A stretch of DNA of 64,000 nucleotides from an uncultured Oscillospiraceae bacterium (GCA_947581795.1 CANPVS010000013.1:64-64063), one strand, 5' to 3'; counted from the first letter of the stretch, positions 39,149 through 47,499 are shown. Translations and numbers: made by a program. The notes: generated from the letters alone by a model not told the origin.

Positions 39149-39793
39149 GTGACACAGATCAAGAGCAAAGAGCGGGTGCAACGGCATGGCGAGGTATTCA
39201 CGGCACAGCACGAGGTAACCGCTATGCTAGATTTGGTGCGGAAAGAGGCCAAGAGGATAGACAGCACCTTTTTGGAGCCTGCCTGCGGCAACGGTGCCTT
39301 TCTTGCTGAAATCCTCCGGCGCAAGCTGAACACGGTGTTTCGCATGGCTGGCATGAACGATGCGGACTGTGAGTATTGGGCGACTAGGGCCTTCTCTACC
39401 ATCTACGGCATAGACATCATGGCGGACAATATCGCAGAGGCCCGTGAACGCCTGTTCAATGACTTCTTTGCCCGGTTTCTCAACCGATACAAGCACCAGC
39501 CCACGCACATCTGCATGGACAGCATCCGCTTCATATTGAGCCAGAATATCCAGCAGGCCGATTCCCTGACGTGCAAGACGGGTGGGGGAACAGACCTCAT
39601 AATGACCTCATGGGTCTTTGACGAGAACGACGGTCTGACCATCGGTCTGTTCCGCTATGCCGATATGGTCCGCTCCGGGTGCAGCTGCAAGCCTCTCCGG
39701 GTCTTGCCGAAAATCCCGTATATGATGCTCCCGGCTATCTTTCGGAGTGATGAATGCTGGACATGGCAGACTAGTCATGGTAGAATAATATAG
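39149..39793 (+). CDS. DNA N6-adenine-methyltransferase-like protein lacking the NPPY catalytic motif and TRD (paralog A)
   Basis: HGEVFTA (motif X-like), LEPACGNGAFL (motif I), IYGIDI (motif II), QQADSL (motif III); DLIMTSWVF sits where FDxIxGNPPY is expected. GTG start after AAGGGG (alternative GTG at 39140). Confidence 0.7.
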   Translation: MTQIKSKERVQRHGEVFTAQHEVTAMLDLVRKEAKRIDSTFLEPACGNGAFLAEILRRKLNTVFRMAGMNDADCEYWATRAFSTIYGIDIMADNIAEARERLFNDFFARFLNRYKHQPTHICMDSIRFILSQNIQQADSLTCKTGGGTDLIMTSWVFDENDGLTIGLFRYADMVRSGCSCKPLRVLPKIPYMMLPAIFRSDECWTWQTSHGRII

Positions 39794-39828
39794 ATTATTG
39801 AGCAATATTCCATGCGGGGTGAGTACGT

Positions 39829-40491
39829 TTGGAGCAGCAGATCAAGTCAAAGCAGCGGGTGGCCGATCACGGCGAGGTGTTCACAGCCGAACGAGAAGTG
39901 AACGCTATGTTGGACATGGTTAAACAGGAAACGGAGCGAATCGACTCCCGCTTCCTGGAACCCGCCTGTGGTGAGGGAGCTTTCCTGGCCGAAGTGCTGC
40001 GACGGAAGCTGGCTGTCGTGAAGCAAAAGTACGGACGAAACCCATCAGACTATGAACTCTACGCTTTGATTGCCGTGACGAGCATTTACGGCGTGGATAT
40101 AATGGAGGACAACACCGAGAACTGCCGCAAGCGGCTATTCAAGATATGGAATAAAGAATACACCGCCGTTATGAAGAAAGAGGCGAACGACCGCTGCCGT
40201 GAGGTCGTAAAGTTTATCTTCAAGAAGAACATCCTTTGCGGCGATGCCCTAAAAATGGAGCAGCAGGACGGAACCCCGATCCTATTCGCAGAGTGGAGCC
40301 AAGTATCCGGCAGCCTTATCAAGAGAAGGGACTTTGAGCTGAACGAACTTCTGAAAGGCCATGAACGGCAGATGGACATGGATATGCTCCTCGGCGGCTG
40401 GGAGTACGACGAGGAAATAGACGCATATATCCCGGCACCTATAAAGGAATACCCACCGACTGATTATAGGAGGTTGGATGATTATGAATGA
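39829..40491 (+). CDS. DNA N6-adenine-methyltransferase-like protein lacking the NPPY catalytic motif and TRD (paralog B)
   Basis: HGEVFTA, LEPACGEGAFL, IYGVDI and ILCGDAL, then PILFAEWSQV with no NPPY. TTG start. The N-terminal approx. 60 aa are clearly paralogous to A. Confidence 0.7.
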   Translation: MEQQIKSKQRVADHGEVFTAEREVNAMLDMVKQETERIDSRFLEPACGEGAFLAEVLRRKLAVVKQKYGRNPSDYELYALIAVTSIYGVDIMEDNTENCRKRLFKIWNKEYTAVMKKEANDRCREVVKFIFKKNILCGDALKMEQQDGTPILFAEWSQVSGSLIKRRDFELNELLKGHERQMDMDMLLGGWEYDEEIDAYIPAPIKEYPPTDYRRLDDYE

Positions 40492-42103
40492 TGATTTTTT
40501 CGATGCTGTTTATAACCCGGATGTTCTGTCCTGCATCGCAAACTTGAGCAGCGACGAGGTATTCACGCCGCCCGGTATTGCAAATGATGTTCTGGATATG
40601 CTGCCCCAGGAGCTTTTCCAAAGCCGGGACACCACCTTCCTTGACCCCGGCTCCAAGAGCGGTATCTTTTTGCGGGAGATCGCAAAGCGGCTCCTCAGAG
40701 CGCAGATTCCAGGCTATGAACGGATCGCCCGAGAAATACGCCAGAAACAGCGTGAAGGGGGCACACTGGACCCGGACGAGGAATCCTTTTTGGAAGTCCT
40801 ACAGGAGAACATAGACCACATCTTTCATAACCAGCTTTTCGGTATTGCTGTTACTGAACTTACCAGCCTTCTTTCCAGGCGGAGCGTCTACTGTTCCAAA
40901 TTCCCAAACAGTGAGTTCTCCATTTCTCATTTCGACTCCGCGGAGGGAAATATCCGTTTCCGGCGCACCCAGCACATTTGGGATAAGAACGGAAGTTGTA
41001 AGTATTGTGGCGCATCCAAAGAATTATATGACCGAGGGGATAAGCTGGAAACCCATGCGTATGAGTTCATCCACACGAAAAAGCCGGAGGATATTTTCTC
41101 GATGAAGTTTGATGTTATTATCAGTAATCCGCCATACGCCCAGGACACAGCAGGGGCTGGCCGTCAAGCCAAACCCCTTTATAATTTGTTTGTTGAACAA
41201 GCGAAAAAACTTCATCCACGGTATCTGTGTATGATTATTCCGTCTCGCTGGTTTTCTGGCGGCATGGGTCTGGATGATTTCCGTAAATCCATGATTTCGG
41301 ATGCTCATATCACAAAGATGGTTGACTTCACCAATTCAAAAGATTGTTTTCCAGGGGTCAGCGTAAGCGGCGGCGTGTCATATTTTCTGTGGGAACGGGA
41401 CAAAACATCTGAATGTGAGTTTACTAATATAACGAATGGTGAAACAAATGTGATGGTACGCCCGTTAAATGAGTTCTCGACCCTCGTTAGATACAACAGC
41501 GCTGTTTCAATCATCCACAAGGTCAACGCTCTGACAAAGGAGAAACTTGAAACTATTATTAGTTCTCTTATGCCCTATGGGCTGTCCACCAGCTATCGCG
41601 GCAGAGCACTAAAAACAGAGAGGAGCCAACTCACGTTGTATGCCAGTAATGGTGTGACATATATAAATCGGAACGAGATCACAAAGGGACTTGAAACAGT
41701 CGATAAATATAAAATCCTTGTGAGTAAGACAAGCGCGGAGCACGCGGGAGAACCTGGGAACGATGGTAAATTCAAGGTTATCCCTTCGTCCATGAAGGTC
41801 ATTGGCCCTGGGGATGTGTGTACCCATTCATATTTCATTATTGGAAATTGGGACAGCGAATCTCCCGCTAAAAACGCCCTGTCTTACATGAGGACAAAGT
41901 TTGTCAGATTCTTGATGCTACTTTGTATCAGCGGCTTTGGTCTATCCAAAATTGTCTTTCCATTTGTACCAATGCAAGACTTCTCTAAGCCTTGGACAGA
42001 CAAAGAATTGTATGCGAAGTATGGCCTGACGGATAAAGAAATCGAGTTCATCGAATCTATGATTAAGCCTATGGACGGCGCAGATGAAGATGTTGAGCCG
42101 TAA
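40478..42103 (+). CDS. Eco57I-family (gamma-class) N6-adenine DNA methyltransferase with C-terminal putative target-recognition region
   Basis: DEVFTPP (motif X), FLDPGSKSGIFL (motif I) and VIISNPPYAQ (motif IV). 541 aa. Overlaps paralog B by 14 nt. Confidence 0.85.
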   Translation: MIMNDDFFDAVYNPDVLSCIANLSSDEVFTPPGIANDVLDMLPQELFQSRDTTFLDPGSKSGIFLREIAKRLLRAQIPGYERIAREIRQKQREGGTLDPDEESFLEVLQENIDHIFHNQLFGIAVTELTSLLSRRSVYCSKFPNSEFSISHFDSAEGNIRFRRTQHIWDKNGSCKYCGASKELYDRGDKLETHAYEFIHTKKPEDIFSMKFDVIISNPPYAQDTAGAGRQAKPLYNLFVEQAKKLHPRYLCMIIPSRWFSGGMGLDDFRKSMISDAHITKMVDFTNSKDCFPGVSVSGGVSYFLWERDKTSECEFTNITNGETNVMVRPLNEFSTLVRYNSAVSIIHKVNALTKEKLETIISSLMPYGLSTSYRGRALKTERSQLTLYASNGVTYINRNEITKGLETVDKYKILVSKTSAEHAGEPGNDGKFKVIPSSMKVIGPGDVCTHSYFIIGNWDSESPAKNALSYMRTKFVRFLMLLCISGFGLSKIVFPFVPMQDFSKPWTDKELYAKYGLTDKEIEFIESMIKPMDGADEDVEP

Positions 42104-42650
42104 CGAGGAATACTACGACCGTTACACCGAACTTCAGGACCTGGTTCTGCGGGCCTATATTGACGTGCTGTCCCTTGAAGAAATAACCTCTGCTGTAGGG
42201 ACAAACCAAGACAGCCATATTGAAATGCTGGATGTCAGCATCAACGCCTTGGGCCATATCTGTGAACTGCTGAAGGCAGATATGGCGCTTACCATCTGGA
42301 AGATTTACTATGAATCGTATGGCTGGGCGAATAACATTGGAAATCTGAACCGTGATTTCTTCGCGCCTCGCGGTGAGCGCCGAGAAACAAAACTCCCAAA
42401 GGACCTTAAAACATACAAGGCACCCATTCAAACCCTACGAAAAGAATACCTTGCTCATAACAGCGCCGAGAAAAGCGGAACGAGCATATCCGTGCAGGCG
42501 TTAAGGGCTGTTCTGGATGCCATAAAGGATTTGCTGAACGGATTGTGCGATCCCACGCTGGACAGCCGCGTGGAACCTGTCACAGAGTCCGCTTTGTACA
42601 CGCTGGATATAAACGTAAAACTCGGCCTTGGTACAGTCATCAGAAAGTGA
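42084..42650 (+). CDS. hypothetical helical protein, HEPN-like (AbiU2-type) candidate
   Basis: 188 aa. RKEYLAH fits the HEPN Rx4-6H motif near the expected position. Overlaps the MTase stop by 20 nt. Confidence 0.45.
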   Translation: MKMLSRNEEYYDRYTELQDLVLRAYIDVLSLEEITSAVGTNQDSHIEMLDVSINALGHICELLKADMALTIWKIYYESYGWANNIGNLNRDFFAPRGERRETKLPKDLKTYKAPIQTLRKEYLAHNSAEKSGTSISVQALRAVLDAIKDLLNGLCDPTLDSRVEPVTESALYTLDINVKLGLGTVIRK

Positions 42651-42686
42651 TGTGCTTTTCTGCCAGGCAAAATGGAGGGTCATCCT

Positions 42687-45674
42687 ATGCCCAACACTGA
42701 TTTCTTCCCGTCGCGTCCAAAAACTTTTCCCCAAGTGTATGCCTATACCATTCCCGGTCTGAAGACGCATGAGGGATATATCAAAGTAGGCTACACGGAG
42801 CGTGAGAACGCGAGTGAGCGTATTCGAGAACAGCTGCATACGGCTGGCATAAAGCACGACCTTCTGTTCATCGAATCTGCTATGCGGACAGATGGCAGCA
42901 GCTTTACCGACTATGATGTTCACAGAGTGCTTCGCAGAAAGGGGTATCCCCAGCTGAACGAGGGGGAGGACAGAAACGAATGGTTCAAGTGTAGTGCGGA
43001 CGCTGTTCGCGCTGCGATCATAGCCGTTCGGGATAGGACCGACAACGCAGAGGAGCGGTCTCAGTCTTTTCCGATGCGCCCGGAACAGGCCCGCGCCGTG
43101 CAGGTGACAACTGACTATTTTCGGAGGGTCAGCCAGGACGAGCCGGGTAGGCGGCCCAAATTCCTTTGGAACGCGAAGATGCGCTTTGGCAAGACTTTTG
43201 CCTCGTATGAGCTGGCAAAGGCCATGGGACTGAAACGGATATTGGTGCTGACATTCAAGCCTGCGGTAGAATCCGCCTGGCGGGATGATCTTATGACCCA
43301 TGTGGATTTTGAAGGCTGGCAGTTCGTATCCAATAAGGACGCGCACAACAACAATCTGAACATCGACGAGCAGTATGCCAAGACGGACAAAAGCAGACCC
43401 ATCGTGGTGTTTGGTTCCTTTCAGGACCTACTCGGAACGAATGAAAATGGCGGTATCAAGGCCAAGAACGAGTTCATCCATACGAACAACTGGGATTTAG
43501 TCATCTTCGATGAATACCACTTCGGCGCATGGCGTGAAAACGCTGCCAAGCTGTTTGAACGCCCGGACGAAGAAAAAGACGTGGACTTCGATGCCGAGGA
43601 ATACAGCAAAGAAGAAGCAGGAAACGCCTTCAACGAGACGTTCATTGAGATCACAACGAAATACTATCTGTTTCTCTCGGGCACGCCGTTCCGTGCCCTC
43701 AACTCCGGCGAGTTCATAGAGGAGCAGATATACAACTGGACGTACTCTGACGAGCAGCGGGCAAAGGAACAATGGCCGTACCTTGCTGATTTCCCCGAAT
43801 ACCATGCCCAACCCAGCGACACAAACCCCTATGCCGCCCTTCCTCGCATGGTGATGCTCACATACCGTATCCCCGATGACATCCGCAGAGTAGCGCAGCA
43901 GGGAGAGTTTAACGAGTTCGACCTAAATGAGTTCTTCGCGGCTAAACCTGCAGAGAAGGGCAAGCCAGAAACATCCCGATTCGTGCATGAGAATGAAGTC
44001 CAGAAATGGCTTGATCTTATCAGAGGAGCGCATCTCCCTTCATCTATAGACGAGTTGAAGCTGGACGCTGGAAAACGCCCGCCCATGCCGTACTCTGACA
44101 GCAACTTGCGCGGGATATTGAGCCATACGCTGTGGTTCCTGCCGAATGTGGCAAGCTGCTTTGCCATGTTTAATCTGCTGATGCAGCGTCAAAACGGCTT
44201 CTATAATAACTATTACACTATCAAGGTGTGCGCTGGGTCAAAGGCTGGCATAGGCTTGGATGCGCTCGCTCCCATACGACAGGCGATGGGGAACCCGCTG
44301 GAAACACAGACCATCACCCTGTCCTGCGGCAAGCTGACGACGGGCGTAACGGTAAAGCCCTGGTCTGGCGTGTTCATGCTGCGCAACCTGAAAAGCCCGG
44401 AAACTTACTTCCAGACAGCTTTCCGTGTCCAGTCCCCATGGACTATACAGGACAATGAGGGCAAGACGCAAATCATCAAGAGGGAGTGCTATGTTTTTGA
44501 CTTTGCTCTGGACAGAGCACTCCGACAAATCTCCGATTATGCCCGCAGTCTGGATGTAAAGGGAGATAAAAGCCCGGAAGAAAAGGTGGCCGAGTTCATT
44601 CAATTTCTGCCCGTTTTGGCGTACAACGGCAGTTCTATGCAGCAAGTGGACGCACAGGCCATTTTGGACATCGCTATGTCCGGCACCTCTGCTACACTTC
44701 TTGCGCGGCGGTGGCAATCCGCTCTGCTGGTGAATGTCGATAATACGACGCTGCAAAGACTTCTTGCCAGCCAGGAGGCCATGGATGCTCTCAGCAGGAT
44801 CGAAGATTTCAGAAATTTGAATCAGGACATCGAGATCATCATCAACAGGTCTGAAAGCGTAAAGAAGGCAAAAACAAAGGGAGAAAAGATGACTCCCCAA
44901 GAGAAGGAGAAGGTAAAGGAGGATGAAAACGAGTTCAAGAGCCGCCGGAGAGACATCCAGAAAAAGCTGATTAAGTTTGCCAGCCGTATCCCGCTGTTTA
45001 TGTATCTGACCGACTACCGTGAGCGGACGCTAAAAGACGTAATCACGCAAATTGAGCCGGGGCTGTTTATGAAGGTCACGGGGCTGGATACCAAAGACTT
45101 TGAGCTTCTGTGCTCCCTGGGGGTGTTCAACGCTGGGCTGATGACCGATTCTATCTTCAAATTCAGAAGATACGAGGATGCGTCCCTGTCCTATGCTGGC
45201 ATCGACAAGAACGCGGATAAGGCTGTCGGCGGCTGGGACACTGTTCTCCGCAGAGAGGAATATGAGAGGCTGTATTATACGCAGCAGTCCTCTATGTCTG
45301 CAGGAGTGGTGGAGGAATACGCGGAAGATGCAGAACAGACCCCAGCCGAGACTGTAAAGCCCATAGAGGTGAAAAAGCCAAAAGAAACAGCACCCAAAGC
45401 CACTGTGCCAAAAGTTGCAGTTGCGCCGAGCCGTACACAAGCCCCCACTCCTGCACCTGCAAAAGTGCCGTTAAAACCGTTTTTCAGCAAAGCACAGGCT
45501 TACACGCCACCGAATGTCAAAGTTGGCGATGATGTGAACCACAAGAAGTTTGGAAAAGGTGCTGTTGTTGCTTTAGACCCGGTAGCAAAATACATCCGCG
45601 TTCAGTTTTCAGAGGGCGAGAAGTCGTTTATATTCCCGGATGCGTTCAAAAACGGTTTTTTGAGCATTAAATGA
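42687..45674 (+). CDS. GIY-YIG/T5orf172-like nuclease domain fused to SF2 (type III Res-like) helicase with long C-terminal extension
   Basis: N-terminus is VYAYTIPG..GYIKVGYTER...NEWF. Helicase motifs are MRFGKTF (I), FDEYH (II) and QTAFRVQSP (VI). C-terminus is HKKFGKGAVV (UvrD/PcrA-tail-like). GGAGGG RBS (alternative ATG at 42672). Confidence 0.8.
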   Translation: MPNTDFFPSRPKTFPQVYAYTIPGLKTHEGYIKVGYTERENASERIREQLHTAGIKHDLLFIESAMRTDGSSFTDYDVHRVLRRKGYPQLNEGEDRNEWFKCSADAVRAAIIAVRDRTDNAEERSQSFPMRPEQARAVQVTTDYFRRVSQDEPGRRPKFLWNAKMRFGKTFASYELAKAMGLKRILVLTFKPAVESAWRDDLMTHVDFEGWQFVSNKDAHNNNLNIDEQYAKTDKSRPIVVFGSFQDLLGTNENGGIKAKNEFIHTNNWDLVIFDEYHFGAWRENAAKLFERPDEEKDVDFDAEEYSKEEAGNAFNETFIEITTKYYLFLSGTPFRALNSGEFIEEQIYNWTYSDEQRAKEQWPYLADFPEYHAQPSDTNPYAALPRMVMLTYRIPDDIRRVAQQGEFNEFDLNEFFAAKPAEKGKPETSRFVHENEVQKWLDLIRGAHLPSSIDELKLDAGKRPPMPYSDSNLRGILSHTLWFLPNVASCFAMFNLLMQRQNGFYNNYYTIKVCAGSKAGIGLDALAPIRQAMGNPLETQTITLSCGKLTTGVTVKPWSGVFMLRNLKSPETYFQTAFRVQSPWTIQDNEGKTQIIKRECYVFDFALDRALRQISDYARSLDVKGDKSPEEKVAEFIQFLPVLAYNGSSMQQVDAQAILDIAMSGTSATLLARRWQSALLVNVDNTTLQRLLASQEAMDALSRIEDFRNLNQDIEIIINRSESVKKAKTKGEKMTPQEKEKVKEDENEFKSRRRDIQKKLIKFASRIPLFMYLTDYRERTLKDVITQIEPGLFMKVTGLDTKDFELLCSLGVFNAGLMTDSIFKFRRYEDASLSYAGIDKNADKAVGGWDTVLRREEYERLYYTQQSSMSAGVVEEYAEDAEQTPAETVKPIEVKKPKETAPKATVPKVAVAPSRTQAPTPAPAKVPLKPFFSKAQAYTPPNVKVGDDVNHKKFGKGAVVALDPVAKYIRVQFSEGEKSFIFPDAFKNGFLSIK

Positions 45675-45686
45675 GAGGAGATCAGA

Positions 45687-45869
45687 ATGGCAAGACAGAA
45701 AAAGGATGGGCATTATATTAACTGCTATCTTGATCGGAACCTCTATAACCGACTCTGCTATTATGCGGAGGAGAAAGGACAGACAAAGACCCTCGCCATT
45801 GAGAGAATCCTAAAGGAGCACTTCGATAAAAGCGGCGTTCCAGCAGAGGTTGATACTCCAAAGGATTGA
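45687..45869 (+). CDS. ribbon-helix-helix (Arc/CopG-like) protein
   Basis: 60 aa with beta-strand YINCYL followed by two helices (NLYNRLCYYAEEKGQTKTLAIERILKEHF). GAGGAG RBS. Confidence 0.6.
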   Translation: MARQKKDGHYINCYLDRNLYNRLCYYAEEKGQTKTLAIERILKEHFDKSGVPAEVDTPKD

Positions 45870-45881
45870 GACAGCAAAAAA

Positions 45882-45917
45882 GGACAGAATCTCCACTCTG
45901 GAGGTGCTGTCCTTTTA
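45882..45917 (+). terminator. rho-independent terminator ending the operon
   Basis: GGACAG..CTCCA-ctc-TGGAG..CTGTCC followed by TTTT. Confidence 0.7.
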
Positions 45918-45933
45918 CACAAACAGGCGGCAG

Positions 45934-45953
45934 TTTGTGTGTGCACTTTCAAA
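45934..45953 (+). repeat. 20-bp direct repeat, copy 1
   Basis: TTTGTGTGTGCACTTTCAAA. Matches 19 of 20 positions with 46640..46659. Confidence 0.85.
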
Positions 45954-45959
45954 AACAGA

Positions 45960-45980
45960 GGGGCGGCTTGATACCGCCCC
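45960..45980 (-). terminator. terminator hairpin after the DUF2442 gene
   Basis: GGGGCGG-cttgata-CCGCCCC, followed on the minus strand by TCTGTTTTTG. Confidence 0.65.
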
Positions 45981-45985
45981 TGCAT

Positions 45986-46288
45986 TTACGCCGTTTCCAG
46001 CACACCCAGCGGGTCATCCACGATGGGGGCTTTCTCAAAAATCGTGAAGCTGTCCAAGTCCACGCAGGCCGTCGTATCCCGGTTCCCAGCAATATCCCAG
46101 GCCACAGCATCATTCAGCACCGTTAGGCGTTCCCGGAAAAATGCGGGGTCGGCCAGCGGCGCGAATACGCCGCCCTTGGCGATATAAGGTTTTACATCCA
46201 CCAGGCGGACGGCCCCGTCGCTGCAGTAAGCATAAACAGTGAAGTCGTCGCCGGGGATGACCTGCACAACAGCGGGAAAAAGTTCCAT
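45986..46288 (-). CDS. DUF2442 domain protein
   Basis: 100 aa with FTVYAYCSDGAVRLVDVKPY and VAWDIAGN motifs typical of DUF2442. Confidence 0.8.
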   Translation of the reverse strand: MELFPAVVQVIPGDDFTVYAYCSDGAVRLVDVKPYIAKGGVFAPLADPAFFRERLTVLNDAVAWDIAGNRDTTACVDLDSFTIFEKAPIVDDPLGVLETA

Positions 46289-46301
46289 GGTATGATCTCC
46301 T

Positions 46302-46562
46302 TTACATAAGCGGCTCGATCTGCTTCAGCGGCTGCTGATCTTTGGCAAGTTCCCAGTTTTGCATCAGCTCATCCCGGTGCATCTCGCCCCAGGCAAGGAC
46401 AAATTTCAACTGCCGGAACGGGAGCGCCCCTCTGATAACGTAACCGCGCTGAATGTCTATGAGGGCCTTATACCCGGCATATTCCGCGTGGAAGTGCGGT
46501 GGGTTGTGGTCGTCATAGAACATTTTTATCCGTATGCCGCCAAACAGAGAAATCTCCGGCAT
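46302..46562 (-). CDS. DUF4160 domain protein
   Basis: MPEISLFGGIRIKMFYDDHNPPHFHAEY signature. Confidence 0.85.
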   Translation of the reverse strand: MPEISLFGGIRIKMFYDDHNPPHFHAEYAGYKALIDIQRGYVIRGALPFRQLKFVLAWGEMHRDELMQNWELAKDQQPLKQIEPLM

Positions 46563-46639
46563 GGTACGGCCTCCTTTTTGCAGCGACTTTTCATTAAAAC
46601 TAGTGTATCATATTTTGCTCCAAATCACAACACCCGACA

Positions 46640-46659
46640 TTTGCGTGTGCACTTTCAAA
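46640..46659 (+). repeat. 20-bp direct repeat, copy 2
   Basis: TTTGCGTGTGCACTTTCAAA. Confidence 0.85.
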
Positions 46660-46660
46660 T

Positions 46661-46694
46661 GATGTGAGGGACGGCTCAGGCCGTCCCTCACATC
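46661..46694. terminator. 15-bp perfect hairpin after the SprT-like gene
   Basis: GATGTGAGGGACGGC-tcag-GCCGTCCCTCACATC. Overlaps the stop codon. Confidence 0.65.
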
Positions 46695-47337
46695 ATACCT
46701 CTATCATCTGGCGCATACAGTCGCCGCACAGGATGTTGACCTTTTTCGTGGCCCTCACGCTCTGACCGCAGACGGGACAGGCCAGTTTGCGGGTGCTGCT
46801 GGGGCGTTTGCCGCCCAGGAGCGGTTCCCCGGCCTGGGCGGTGCCGCCTGCGCCAAGCCGTATCATGGGCGGTAGAGTGGAGCGGCCTATTTTTATCTCA
46901 GACCAGCCTTTTGAAAGTGCATACTCAACGAGATTGTCGCCGGGCTTGGTGTTCCAGCCGTATTGACCCTGACGAAAGCAGGTAAGGCCGTGGGCCTCGG
47001 CAATCGCTTTGAACAGCCCATTGTGGTACTTGCCGCCTCGGCTCACCTCTTTGATGCCGTGCTCCCGGCAATAGATATGCACCATCTCATGGAGCATGGT
47101 GTCGATGGTTTCCTCTATGGGGTAGGAAAGCACCTCGGCGGCGATGTTCAGCTCATAGGTGCTGTCCTCTTGCCTGCGCCAGACCTTGGCGACGGAACTG
47201 TGGCCGTAGGTGCCGGGTTTGCTCTGCACAGTGATAATGGGCGTGGGCAGCTCGCTGGCGAAGAAATCGGTGTTGAGGCAGTTAAAAATGTGCTCCAGCT
47301 GACTGACGGCGCGGGACATCTTGGTGGTGGGCTTCAT
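46693..47337 (-). CDS. SprT-like zinc metalloprotease domain protein with C-terminal zinc ribbon
   Basis: HEMVH motif and CPVCG...CGDC. GGGAGG RBS before the ATG at 47337. Confidence 0.75.
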   Translation of the reverse strand: MKPTTKMSRAVSQLEHIFNCLNTDFFASELPTPIITVQSKPGTYGHSSVAKVWRRQEDSTYELNIAAEVLSYPIEETIDTMLHEMVHIYCREHGIKEVSRGGKYHNGLFKAIAEAHGLTCFRQGQYGWNTKPGDNLVEYALSKGWSEIKIGRSTLPPMIRLGAGGTAQAGEPLLGGKRPSSTRKLACPVCGQSVRATKKVNILCGDCMRQMIEV

Positions 47338-47455
47338 AGTGGTGTACCTCCCATAATGTAATATGTGTGATAGCAAAGCGGCTCGCTCGCTTTGCTTGCT
47401 TACAGGAGGCACACCCGCCCGCACGGTCAAGACTGGCCCACAGGGCCACTCGCGC

Positions 47456-47499
47456 AAAAAATTTTCCTCCCAGCCTCACGGCCAGGAGGAAAAATTTTT
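47456..47499. terminator. A/T-flanked hairpin after the coupling-protein gene
   Basis: AAAAAATTTTCCTCC, loop, GGAGGAAAAATTTTT. Confidence 0.6.
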
